Shown piece by piece: positions 46,020-53,368 of a DNA stretch of 53,368 bases. The DNA lies in the IMG/VR virus record IMGVR_UViG_3300042475_005524, positions 1 through 53,368 of that record; one strand, written 5' to 3'. The stretch is from a virus (taxonomy: Duplodnaviria > Caudoviricetes). Below the pieces are notes generated by a model. The model saw only the letters and a program-made list of their open reading frames with translations. It was not told the origin of the DNA and searched no databases. Every line of letters starts with the position of its first letter. The stretch's first letter is position 1. The translations under genes were made by a program, and so were the position numbers.

Positions 46020-46400
46020 TCAATACTCTACTTTAACCCGCTTAGACTCGTAGGTCTTTTTTTGGTCAGGGTGAATTGCCCCTTTGCGACTGGAGGAATA
46101 GTCCTTAAAAAACTTTTCTTTTATTGGATCAGATCCGCCATAAGTCTTTGCGCGCTTTTCGCTTAATTCTTTACTTTTATCTATCAAATCGCCATAAGTA
46201 CCCTTCTTGTTCTTTGTTGCGTCAATGAATGCGGTACTGCTATTCGGGTCTATTTGCGAATCTATCGAGGCATTGGGTATCTGGTATACCCTTTTCCACT
46301 TTAGGCCGCTTTTGTCGATATATGAGTGCTCCTCGTTCATAGACTGGAGCACGTCGATAGTTTCTCCAGTATCGGGATTCTCGTATGTGTAAAGTGGCAT
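46020..46400 (-). CDS. FmdB-like small protein (zinc-ribbon-type N-terminus without Cys)
   Basis: N-terminal MPLYTYENPDTGETIDVLQSM. Confidence 0.5.
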   Translation of the reverse strand: MPLYTYENPDTGETIDVLQSMNEEHSYIDKSGLKWKRVYQIPNASIDSQIDPNSSTAFIDATKNKKGTYGDLIDKSKELSEKRAKTYGGSDPIKEKFFKDYSSSRKGAIHPDQKKTYESKRVKVEY

Positions 46401-46414
46401 ATTTTATTATAAAT

Positions 46415-46440
46415 AAAAAAGCCGCTTTTTCAAGCGGCTT
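46415..46440 (-). terminator. Rho-independent terminator after hsp20
   Basis: AAGCCGCTT-gaaa-AAGCGGCTT followed by a T run on the minus strand. Confidence 0.8.
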
Positions 46441-46445
46441 AGTTT

Positions 46446-46769
46446 TTACGTAATTTTAATTGTTTTCAGTTGAGGAGGCTTCTTGTTTGGAATTCTAAAT
46501 AGAAGCTGTCCGTGTTCCATAGTTGCCGTCGCATTGTGCATATCAAGCTTCTCGGAAACATCAAAAACTTGGCTAAACACGCTAGCCTTATTCTTTTGAG
46601 CTTCGATTTTAACCGTATAGTCAACGTCACTATACGAGATGGTCACGTTGTCTTTGTGGACTCCTGGTAGATCAACGGTGATTGTGGCGCCGTTTTCATC
46701 TACGTTAGAGATATAGTTATAAGTGCTCGCAGCACTTGTTGCTGAATAATAATATGTTTTTGAGTACAT
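46446..46769 (-). CDS. Small heat-shock protein (Hsp20/alpha-crystallin) (start revised to ATG 46769)
   Basis: ITVDLPGV.K.NV.I...FSQVFDV...A.ATMEHGQL...IP motif. Confidence 0.75.
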   Translation of the reverse strand: MYSKTYYYSATSAASTYNYISNVDENGATITVDLPGVHKDNVTISYSDVDYTVKIEAQKNKASVFSQVFDVSEKLDMHNATATMEHGQLLFRIPNKKPPQLKTIKIT

Positions 46770-46824
46770 AGTTGTTACGGCGCTATTTAGCAAAGCTTAT
46801 GCCAAGAGCTTTTCCTAGGCAGAG

Positions 46825-47925
46825 TTAGGAAATGCCCTTAATAATTGAGACAATTTGTCTTACAGATTTTTCGTAAGTGAAGTTTTGTCTCGTAATCTTG
46901 CCCTGCTCATTTATCTTCCCAGCCTCAACAAGAGTAACAGCTTTCTCCATTGCAGCAATAGCCTGATCTTCATTGAAGTCATAGATGCATCCTTGATTGA
47001 AATCGCTGCCTTTATTAAAGAATGTTCCATCATAGGCTTCGATTTTAGCAGAAGGATTAACTAGAATTGAGTTCTGATCTGTGGCCCAGTCCTTATGGCT
47101 AGTAGCGTTAAGAACAACGCTCCACTTACCTAAACAAGTGGAATTAAAAGCTGGAAGACCCCAGCCTTCTGCGCCGCTCAGTCCGCTTAGATCAATATTA
47201 CAAGAATTAATAATATCATTAACTTCTGAGTTCGTACTGACATAGGGTAGAACATTAATATTCCAAGCTAGGCCGCGATAACCCAAAATAATCTTCTTCA
47301 TCAATTCGTGATTAAAAAATGGGTTAATAATCGAGCAGTTAAGCTGGAACTTGGGATTGTTCCCGAATCGCTTAGCCCACATTTTAACAATCTTATCAGT
47401 ATGCTTCCGCTTCTCAAACTTACCCATTAGCAAGAATGAGATCTTGTCTGGCATGTATGTCTTCTTTGTTTCGAAGAAGTCTTCGTCAAAACCAAGAGGG
47501 GTAGAATACGCCTTGCCAAGATTAGCGTTAGCAAAACACCTAGATGCGTGCGAACTAGAGAAGATCACCGCATCTTGAGAACCAACTATTGCATTTTCCG
47601 CAACAGTTGGCTGATCAAGTTCGTAAAAGGTATAAAGAACCTGTTTTGGACAGATCCTCTTTTCGGCTCCATTAATGTGCCAAAGCTTAAGACTTACCGC
47701 ATCCTTTGATAAGGACGAGTATCGATTAGAGATAATCGACTGAACCCAAGCGGAAAAATCCTTGTCCATTTTATCGAATGCGGAAGTTTTAACTTCCCCG
47801 ATAGGGAACATAGAGATTTTAAAGCTTGGATCAGAAATCGAAAGCTTATAGAACTCCTTTAGGAAGTTGTAACAAACATTCCCAAAGGAAACTTGGTTTA
47901 ATGGAGCTTCAAAGACGATCTTCAT
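46825..47925 (-). CDS. GT4-like glycosyltransferase
   Basis: PLGFDE, FLLMGKFEKRKH and SGAEGWGLPAF motifs. Confidence 0.8.
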   Translation of the reverse strand: MKIVFEAPLNQVSFGNVCYNFLKEFYKLSISDPSFKISMFPIGEVKTSAFDKMDKDFSAWVQSIISNRYSSLSKDAVSLKLWHINGAEKRICPKQVLYTFYELDQPTVAENAIVGSQDAVIFSSSHASRCFANANLGKAYSTPLGFDEDFFETKKTYMPDKISFLLMGKFEKRKHTDKIVKMWAKRFGNNPKFQLNCSIINPFFNHELMKKIILGYRGLAWNINVLPYVSTNSEVNDIINSCNIDLSGLSGAEGWGLPAFNSTCLGKWSVVLNATSHKDWATDQNSILVNPSAKIEAYDGTFFNKGSDFNQGCIYDFNEDQAIAAMEKAVTLVEAGKINEQGKITRQNFTYEKSVRQIVSIIKGIS

Positions 47926-48377
47926 TACATTGGTACTTCGTCGTCCTCAAGAGGAGCAGGCTTCTGAGGCTTTGAATAGGCTGGAGCCTTGGCAGCTGGC
48001 TTTGCAGCTTGTTTTACTGCTGGGCGTTGAGCAGTCTCATCTTGCTCTTCACCGTCTTGAGCAGTATCCTTCTTTTTGCCCCCAACAAAATTTACTCGGT
48101 CCGCGACGACCAGAATCTTGGACTGCTTCTTTCCGTCCTTCTCCCAAGAGTCCTGCTTCAGACGGCCAACTACAGAAACCGCGCTACCCTTCTTTACGTA
48201 GGTTGTAACAAAGTCCGCCTGCTTTTCCCAAGTATCAACGTCGATATAAACAACGTCCTTATCATTGATTGGGTTATTAACGGCGAGACGAAAAGTGGCA
48301 ATTGCCTTGCCAGTTTGAGTGCTGCGCGACTCTGGGTCGGCAACCACATTTCCTGCTAATACGATTGAGTTAATCAT
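47925..48377 (-). CDS. ssb: Single-stranded DNA-binding protein
   Basis: MINSIVLAGNVVADPE...FRLAVN...KKGSAVSVVGRL.Q.SWE.DG and acidic tail EDDEVPM. Confidence 0.95.
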   Translation of the reverse strand: MINSIVLAGNVVADPESRSTQTGKAIATFRLAVNNPINDKDVVYIDVDTWEKQADFVTTYVKKGSAVSVVGRLKQDSWEKDGKKQSKILVVADRVNFVGGKKKDTAQDGEEQDETAQRPAVKQAAKPAAKAPAYSKPQKPAPLEDDEVPM

Positions 48378-48957
48378 GTGATTTATAAAATTTCTTCTTC
48401 AGTTTTTTTAACGTAGAGTTATGAATATTAATGCATCCCTGTATCGAAAGGTTAATCTCTTTTGCTATCTTACGCCAAGGAACGATCTTTCTTTTGCCAT
48501 CGACCGAAACATAGCGCATCTTGAAAATTTTTACAACGCGAGAATCTTCACTATCTTCTATATATTTAAATACTTTATTTAATGTATCGCTTTCAATCTT
48601 TTGAATAGACTCTGAGCTTTCGAACTCGCAGTCAAAATTATCATCAAGCGGGCAATGGCTCTTCTTGTTTGCCGCATTCAAGCATAACCAGCGAGTGTGG
48701 TTGCCAAGATATGTTGAGAATTTGATGTTGCGACTCTCATCAAAGTTTTGAATTGCGTCGTAGATATGAGACTCCTTGCTATCAAGTAGGTCGTTAATAT
48801 TATCGATAGCGATTGAACGAGGAGCGTAACTATGAACCATTTGAAGGTAGATCCCAGAATGACGGTTTACAATCTCCTGAAAACAGGAGCTATCTCCGTG
48901 ATCTCTGACCTTTTCAATCAGAGATAAGTCATCCATCTTTTCTGGGACAAGCTTCAT
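48370..48957 (-). CDS. Phage-encoded sigma70-family RNA polymerase sigma factor
   Basis: Region 2 (AIQNFDESRNIKFSTYL) and region 4 HTH (IFKMRY...WRKIAKEINLS.QGC.NIH...LKKLK). Confidence 0.8.
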   Translation of the reverse strand: MKLVPEKMDDLSLIEKVRDHGDSSCFQEIVNRHSGIYLQMVHSYAPRSIAIDNINDLLDSKESHIYDAIQNFDESRNIKFSTYLGNHTRWLCLNAANKKSHCPLDDNFDCEFESSESIQKIESDTLNKVFKYIEDSEDSRVVKIFKMRYVSVDGKRKIVPWRKIAKEINLSIQGCINIHNSTLKKLKKKFYKSHD

Positions 48958-49421
48958 GCTCCGGTGCTACCAAATCCGCCTAAACCTCTTTGGCTTTCAT
49001 CCAGCGAATCAGTTTGATGAGCAGAAAGGTTAAAGCTTGGCATAAACAGTAGTTGCCCAATCTTGTCTCCCTTTTGGTAAATTAAAGATTTCTTTGTCAG
49101 CTTCTTGCCCAAGAAACGGAAGCGCAGCTTGATAGAATTGCGATACCCAGCATCAATTACTCCAACCGAGTTTGCTAGCGAAAGCTCGTACTTGCTGATG
49201 CTTGAGCGAGGAAACACAAGGGTAAAAAAACCATCTGGGGGCTGAATCGTAACTCCAGTGTCATACTCGACATACAAAACCGTTTTGTTCGAATCGTCAG
49301 TAAACACGATCTGGGCCTCAGACGAGGCTACGAGATCCCAACCGACATCGCCTTTTGCTGGGGTAAGCAAGTTGTTTTCGTGACCGTTTTTGAGAATTTT
49401 GAAGGCGAGGTTTTGGCTCAT
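48954..49421 (-). CDS. dut: Trimeric dUTPase (start revised to ATG 49421)
   Basis: Motifs GWDL, PRSS, GVIDAGYR, GDKIGQL and RGLGGFGSTG. Confidence 0.93.
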   Translation of the reverse strand: MSQNLAFKILKNGHENNLLTPAKGDVGWDLVASSEAQIVFTDDSNKTVLYVEYDTGVTIQPPDGFFTLVFPRSSISKYELSLANSVGVIDAGYRNSIKLRFRFLGKKLTKKSLIYQKGDKIGQLLFMPSFNLSAHQTDSLDESQRGLGGFGSTGA

Positions 49422-49428
49422 TGGACAG

Positions 49429-49457
49429 ACTGTGCCACCAATCGTAGTTCTCGTCAA
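49429..49457 (-). promoter_or_regulatory. Candidate sigma70-type promoter for the dut-sigma-ssb operon
   Basis: On the minus strand: TTGACG - 17 nt (ending TGG) - CACAGT - 7 nt - ATG. Confidence 0.5.
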
Positions 49458-49520
49458 TAGTTTTTCCAAAGATTTTTGCGCGGAGCGCATAAAAAACCGA
49501 AGGTTTTTTATATATCGAAA

Positions 49521-49616
49521 GGGAGGGGGATAAAGGGATAGTGGGTTGGGGGATAATAGGGGGGGAGTCTGAGGGGGGGAAAGAAGGGGGAAGGGAGAAA
49601 GGGTTAAGGGGGAGGG
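49521..49616 (+). other. Non-coding G-run/purine tract
   Basis: About a dozen runs of 3-8 G in about 96 bp with a single C, in a divergent intergenic region. Confidence 0.85.
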
Positions 49617-49630
49617 AAAACCAAAATCGG

Positions 49631-49640
49631 GTGTAAAATT
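49631..49640 (+). promoter_or_regulatory. RTGTAAA candidate late-promoter motif
   Basis: GTGTAAAATT; 13 nt before ATG 49645. Confidence 0.55.
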
Positions 49641-49644
49641 TTAG

Positions 49645-50319
49645 ATGAGAAATCAGGCCAAAAACATCTACTTTTTCCTCGCAGGATTGCTGCTTGGATT
49701 GGGGTCTGTATTTTTATCTCGGACTGCCGAGAAGTTCTATCATAAGTACAACCCAATCAACGAGTCACAACCAATTCGCAGGCTTGGCCGAAACAATATT
49801 AATTCTTGGTTTCAAGACGGTCTTCTTTTTTTAAAAACCTCTCCCAAAACTGAAAGTATTAGCCAATCTTATAGCACAGACTACCTCAAAGAAACTCTTC
49901 TTAACACCGGACTATCAACAAATGTTGATGTGATCTTTAGAGACAAGCATTACAGCTTCTCCACTCTTTCTTGGTTTAACAAATACGTAACGTGGTGGAT
50001 CACGATGGTAATCGATCACGATATTTATTTTGTAGCAAACTCCTTTGATTGCGACAATTTTAGTGATTTTTTTATGGTCGCTTATAGCTTTTCGAATTAT
50101 AATTTGAACAGCAACTTGGCGTCGCAGCTTGCTTGTGGAACCGTTATAGTTGAGCAGCTTGAAGAGTTTGGCGGGATTCAATATGGAAACGGCATATGGC
50201 ATTCCCTGAATATTGTTTGGCTGGACGAAGGCTGGTTTGTAATCGAGCCGCAAAACGGAGCTTACATAAGTTTAGCTTCTTATCCAAACAAAAAGAACAT
50301 AAAAGCGATAATCTTTTAG
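49645..50319 (+). CDS. Membrane-anchored/secreted papain/transglutaminase-like Cys protease-fold protein
   Basis: N-terminal hydrophobic helix; FDCDNFS...HSLN...IEPQ gives a Cys-His-Glu arrangement. Confidence 0.55.
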   Translation: MRNQAKNIYFFLAGLLLGLGSVFLSRTAEKFYHKYNPINESQPIRRLGRNNINSWFQDGLLFLKTSPKTESISQSYSTDYLKETLLNTGLSTNVDVIFRDKHYSFSTLSWFNKYVTWWITMVIDHDIYFVANSFDCDNFSDFFMVAYSFSNYNLNSNLASQLACGTVIVEQLEEFGGIQYGNGIWHSLNIVWLDEGWFVIEPQNGAYISLASYPNKKNIKAIIF

Positions 50320-50328
50320 TGTAAATAA
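50319..50328 (+). promoter_or_regulatory. RTGTAAA candidate late-promoter motif
   Basis: GTGTAAATAA; 16 nt before ATG 50336. Confidence 0.55.
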
Positions 50329-50335
50329 CAATACT

Positions 50336-50953
50336 ATGGAACTTGATTTTTCTGAAAAGATCTTGGCTAGAAAAAGATCTGGCCCAAGAAGCGCAGCTCA
50401 AACACCGGCTAAACCAGAGGACAGGCTGAAGGGATCTCCAAAAAATAAACCCGGTTCTGCTGGCACATCCCCAGACGCCAAAGAAAAAGCCGAAAAAGCA
50501 CTTAAAAGAAAAGACGATAAAAAAGTAGTAAAAGCCGCTATCACTTTCAGCGAAAAAGTCACAGAAGCTTTAAGAAAAAAAGTACAAGAGCATAATAAAA
50601 AATACTCAAAGAAAGTAACCCTTTCTCAGCTAAAAAAAGTATACAGAAGAGGTGCAGGAGCCTTCTCTGCATCTAGCAGACCTGGTAAAAGTCGCGGTCA
50701 ATGGGCAATGGCTCGCGTAAACATGTTTTTGAAAATGATGGCTGGCGGCAAAGTTAAAGATGCGTACAGAGCCGCCGATCAAGATATAGCAAAAGCGGAT
50801 AGCTATGAAATGAAAAGCATCACAGACGAATCAACAGCGTCAATTGATTTCGAAGATGTGGAATTAATCATAGCCTCATTTGACCTTTCAAATTCAAACA
50901 TTTCTACTAAAGAAATGAACGAAGTATATGAACCACAAGACGAACAAGAATAA
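50336..50953 (+). CDS. Basic phage protein of unknown function
   Basis: Lys-rich with LKKVYRRGAGAF...RPG..R.QWAMARVN.FL domain and an acidic tail. Confidence 0.7.
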   Translation: MELDFSEKILARKRSGPRSAAQTPAKPEDRLKGSPKNKPGSAGTSPDAKEKAEKALKRKDDKKVVKAAITFSEKVTEALRKKVQEHNKKYSKKVTLSQLKKVYRRGAGAFSASSRPGKSRGQWAMARVNMFLKMMAGGKVKDAYRAADQDIAKADSYEMKSITDESTASIDFEDVELIIASFDLSNSNISTKEMNEVYEPQDEQE

Positions 50954-50954
50954 T

Positions 50955-51707
50955 ATGGAACTAGACTTTTCAAAACAAATATCGGAAATTTCAAAATCTG
51001 GACTTTGGGACAATATTAGAAAAAAGAAGCAAAGAATGGGCAAAAACTATCGCGCAGCCAAGCCCGGTTCTCCTGAGCGCCCAAGCAAACAAGCTTGGGA
51101 AAAAGCTCAGGCATCTATTGAGCTTACATACACAGAAGCAGAAAAGAAAACTCTTAATAAACCGTTCCGACTTCCTTCTGGCTCAAAAAAGAAATTCGGC
51201 GTATATGTAAAGAATCCCAAGGGCAATGTTGTCATGGTTAAGTTTGGTGATCCAAATATGGAGATCAAACGTGATGATCCAGATCGCCGCAAGAATTTCC
51301 GCGCACGCCACCAATGCGACTCCAACCCCGGTCCTAAATGGAAAGCTCGCTACTGGTCTTGCAGAATGTGGGAGGGTGGCAAATCAGTTACTCAGGTGAC
51401 TAAAGGATCACTTGAAGAAGATCTATACGAGCAGCAAATGCTGATGCAGGAAAACCCAGAACTCAATAACGTAGAGGAAGTTGAAGATCCAGAAGAGGAG
51501 ATGATGGATTATTCTAAAGAAGCCGCAGAAATGGCTTACTCAAACCTTATGGCTATCAAGAGAAATGCTTTGATGATCGAAGCTCTTGTTAATTCATCTG
51601 AAGAAGTTAAGATGGAGCTTGGAGAGTCTTGGTTGGGCGGCAAGCTGGTTATTTGTGACGACTATCTTAATTCTGTTGCTAAGTATTTAAGTTCAGAACA
51701 AGAATAA
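50955..51707 (+). CDS. Basic phage protein of unknown function (start revised to ATG 50955)
   Basis: GLWDNIRKK and LNKPFR...KKF.VYVKN..GNV..VKFGDPNM.IKR..P.RRKNFRARH.C...KARYWSC modules; acidic tail. Confidence 0.7.
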   Translation: MELDFSKQISEISKSGLWDNIRKKKQRMGKNYRAAKPGSPERPSKQAWEKAQASIELTYTEAEKKTLNKPFRLPSGSKKKFGVYVKNPKGNVVMVKFGDPNMEIKRDDPDRRKNFRARHQCDSNPGPKWKARYWSCRMWEGGKSVTQVTKGSLEEDLYEQQMLMQENPELNNVEEVEDPEEEMMDYSKEAAEMAYSNLMAIKRNALMIEALVNSSEEVKMELGESWLGGKLVICDDYLNSVAKYLSSEQE

Positions 51708-51729
51708 TAATTAATTTGTAGAATTTATC

Positions 51730-51760
51730 AACCCGCACTCTAGGATTAGGGTGCGGGTTT
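51730..51760 (+). terminator. 13-bp hairpin (terminator or translational control)
   Basis: AACCCGCACTCTA-ggat-TAGGGTGCGGGTT ends 1 nt before ATG 51761; the U-tract is short. Confidence 0.55.
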
Positions 51761-52342
51761 ATGATTTGTGGCAAAACTCTTACCGTTTTAACTGTAGCTT
51801 GGGGGAAAGAACTGCCCCTAGCAGAAAAGGTTTTGAATCATTGCGCGACTTGTTTCCCAAGCTTTGATTCTGTTGTTTTGTATAAAGAAATAGATAACCT
51901 TTTAGACTATAACAAGTTTATGGTCGAAGGGCTCAGTAGTATTATAAATACTGATTTTGTTTTGATCGTTCAACCTGATGGTTTTATTATAAACTCCAAT
52001 CTGTGGCAGGACAAGTTCTTGGAATATGATTATATTGGCGCGCCTTGGCCTTGGCACGGCGTATGTGGAAACGGAGGCTTCTCTTTAAGAAGCAAACGAT
52101 TCTTAGATCTAAGCTCTCGGTTGAAATACGACCATAGACATGAAGAATATGATTTTTGCCCAGAAGATAACTTTCTATGCTTAGAAAAATACAATAGAAA
52201 TTATTTTCTACAAAATCAAATAAAATTCGCAGATATTAAAACATCTATCGAGTTCTCTTTTGAGCATCCGATCAAAGAGTATCCAGATCATAAATTATTT
52301 AACTCGTTTGGTTTTCACGGTAAACATTTAATTCAAAATTGA
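51761..52342 (+). CDS. DUF5672-like (GT-A-like) protein
   Basis: VLIVQPDGFI...FLEYDYIGAPW...GNGGFSLRS...PED...FSFE...FGFHG motif series. Confidence 0.7.
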   Translation: MICGKTLTVLTVAWGKELPLAEKVLNHCATCFPSFDSVVLYKEIDNLLDYNKFMVEGLSSIINTDFVLIVQPDGFIINSNLWQDKFLEYDYIGAPWPWHGVCGNGGFSLRSKRFLDLSSRLKYDHRHEEYDFCPEDNFLCLEKYNRNYFLQNQIKFADIKTSIEFSFEHPIKEYPDHKLFNSFGFHGKHLIQN

Positions 52343-53202
52343 TGAAAGTTTTAATTTTTAACCACCATCCAGATTGCTCCTTGTACATGTGGAGAGCAAT
52401 GAAGGAGATCGGACTAGAGGTAGATTTCGCAACCGAAGATCTGACAATGAAAGTTGGATTCCCTCATTCAAGTACAAAAAACAATAAATTTGAGGTGGTT
52501 AATCGACTATATTCTCCAGAAGAATTTAACTCAGAGTTTAAAAATGTAAGCTTTACCGACAAGATAAGTCACGATCTATACTTATCTATTCAGCCAGAGG
52601 TGGTTAATATATTTGGGCCGTATGCCTACTGGGACGCTCAAATGCAATATTTTCTAAGAAACTTTGGACACATAAACGTCAGAAAAAGCTGCAATCATCC
52701 TGACGCGCAGAAATTTGGATTCAAATTTTGTGCAAACTGGATTCCAAATCAAAATTATAATCTAGATAACCCAAAGCTGATAACCCAGCTAATTACTCAG
52801 CATCAACTAGTTCAAGAAACTGAAGAACTAATTAAGCTACAGGATAGCGGCTATCCAGTCGTTATCGCTGGTGGAGACAATTGTAAAAATGGCTTCATCA
52901 GAGATACTGAAATCCTACCAAAGACAAGTATGCTTGTTCATAATAAGCAATTTGGAATAAACTGCTATGCTGTTTGCAAGGCTTTAGATTTAGGTATTCC
53001 AGTCTATATGAGCAAGGCTACAAAGCAAATTATTGGGTTTGACGATCTACCAGATAGCCTCTTTCTTTTTAAGGAAGAGCTTTCGATTCTTGACGCTTAT
53101 AACCAATCATTAAATATCAATAGGAAAACTATACAAGACACGTATAGATCAATTTATACCTTAGATAGAACAGTATCAACATTAAAGGAATGCTTAAAAT
53201 GA
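52339..53202 (+). CDS. Hypothetical protein, possible GT-B fold
   Basis: C-terminal MLVHNK.FG..CYAVCKALDLGIPV resembles a GT-B nucleotide-binding motif. Confidence 0.45.
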   Translation: MMKVLIFNHHPDCSLYMWRAMKEIGLEVDFATEDLTMKVGFPHSSTKNNKFEVVNRLYSPEEFNSEFKNVSFTDKISHDLYLSIQPEVVNIFGPYAYWDAQMQYFLRNFGHINVRKSCNHPDAQKFGFKFCANWIPNQNYNLDNPKLITQLITQHQLVQETEELIKLQDSGYPVVIAGGDNCKNGFIRDTEILPKTSMLVHNKQFGINCYAVCKALDLGIPVYMSKATKQIIGFDDLPDSLFLFKEELSILDAYNQSLNINRKTIQDTYRSIYTLDRTVSTLKECLK

Positions 53203-53236
53203 TAGAAAACGAATTTAACAATTTCGTATTTTAAAT

Positions 53237-53368
53237 ATGAAGATCTTTGATGGATTCATGTTTTTTAATGAGCTAGACCTTTTGGAAATAAGGCTAGAAG
53301 AGCTTTATGACGACGTAGATTTTTTTATTATCTCTGAGTCAACCAAAACCCACCAAAATAAAGACAAA
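53237..53368 (+). CDS. GT17-like (MGAT3-type) glycosyltransferase, 3'-partial
   Basis: Not in the ORF track. It translates MKIFDGFMFFNELDLLEIRLEELYDDVDFFIISESTKTHQNKDK, the characteristic GT17 N-terminus. Confidence 0.8.
   Translation, partial: MKIFDGFMFFNELDLLEIRLEELYDDVDFFIISESTKTHQNKDK

Noticed and set aside
1-53368. Stop-codon reassignment, tRNA/rRNA genes, transposases, reverse transcriptase
   Set aside because: Standard-code ORFs tile the window densely, intergenic gaps are short, and no such motifs were recognised by eye. tRNAscan and Infernal were not run.

Overview
This 53 kb window is a gene-dense segment of a large tailed dsDNA bacteriophage (Caudoviricetes). No sheath gene is visible, so the tail is probably long and non-contractile, and the host cannot be determined from the sequence. 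From left to right it contains: (1) a fibre/adhesin block with proline-free Gly-X-Y Ser/Thr collagen-like proteins, LamG-type lectin-fold proteins and a 21-repeat RCC1-like propeller protein (1-12.5 kb); (2) a sulfotransferase, GT8-GT9 fusion and methyltransferase trio; (3) an inverted tail-tube/neck module; (4) tail chaperones, a 2873-aa tape measure protein (TMP), tail-tip proteins and an S74-chaperone tail fibre; (5) a Ser/Thr-rich mucin/SRRP-like protein followed by about 11 kb of glycosyl-, methyl- and sulfotransferase genes, including an Aah/TibC-type protein O-heptosyltransferase homologue; (6) a leftward dUTPase, sigma factor, SSB, GT4, Hsp20 operon; (7) a G-run intergenic tract, two basic proteins sharing an N-terminal tag, and further GT genes. 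Two candidate systems stand out. First, the TMP carries an internal array of unrelated globular cassettes (two PD-(D/E)xK nuclease-like, one HAD phosphatase-like), each bounded by a repeated G(Y/F)(I/V)PN(F/Y) motif, which suggests injected modular effector cargo. Second, the phage appears to encode a virion glycosylation and sulfation system with plausible Ser/Thr-repeat substrates alongside it. All family calls were made by eye from motifs; no database searches were run.
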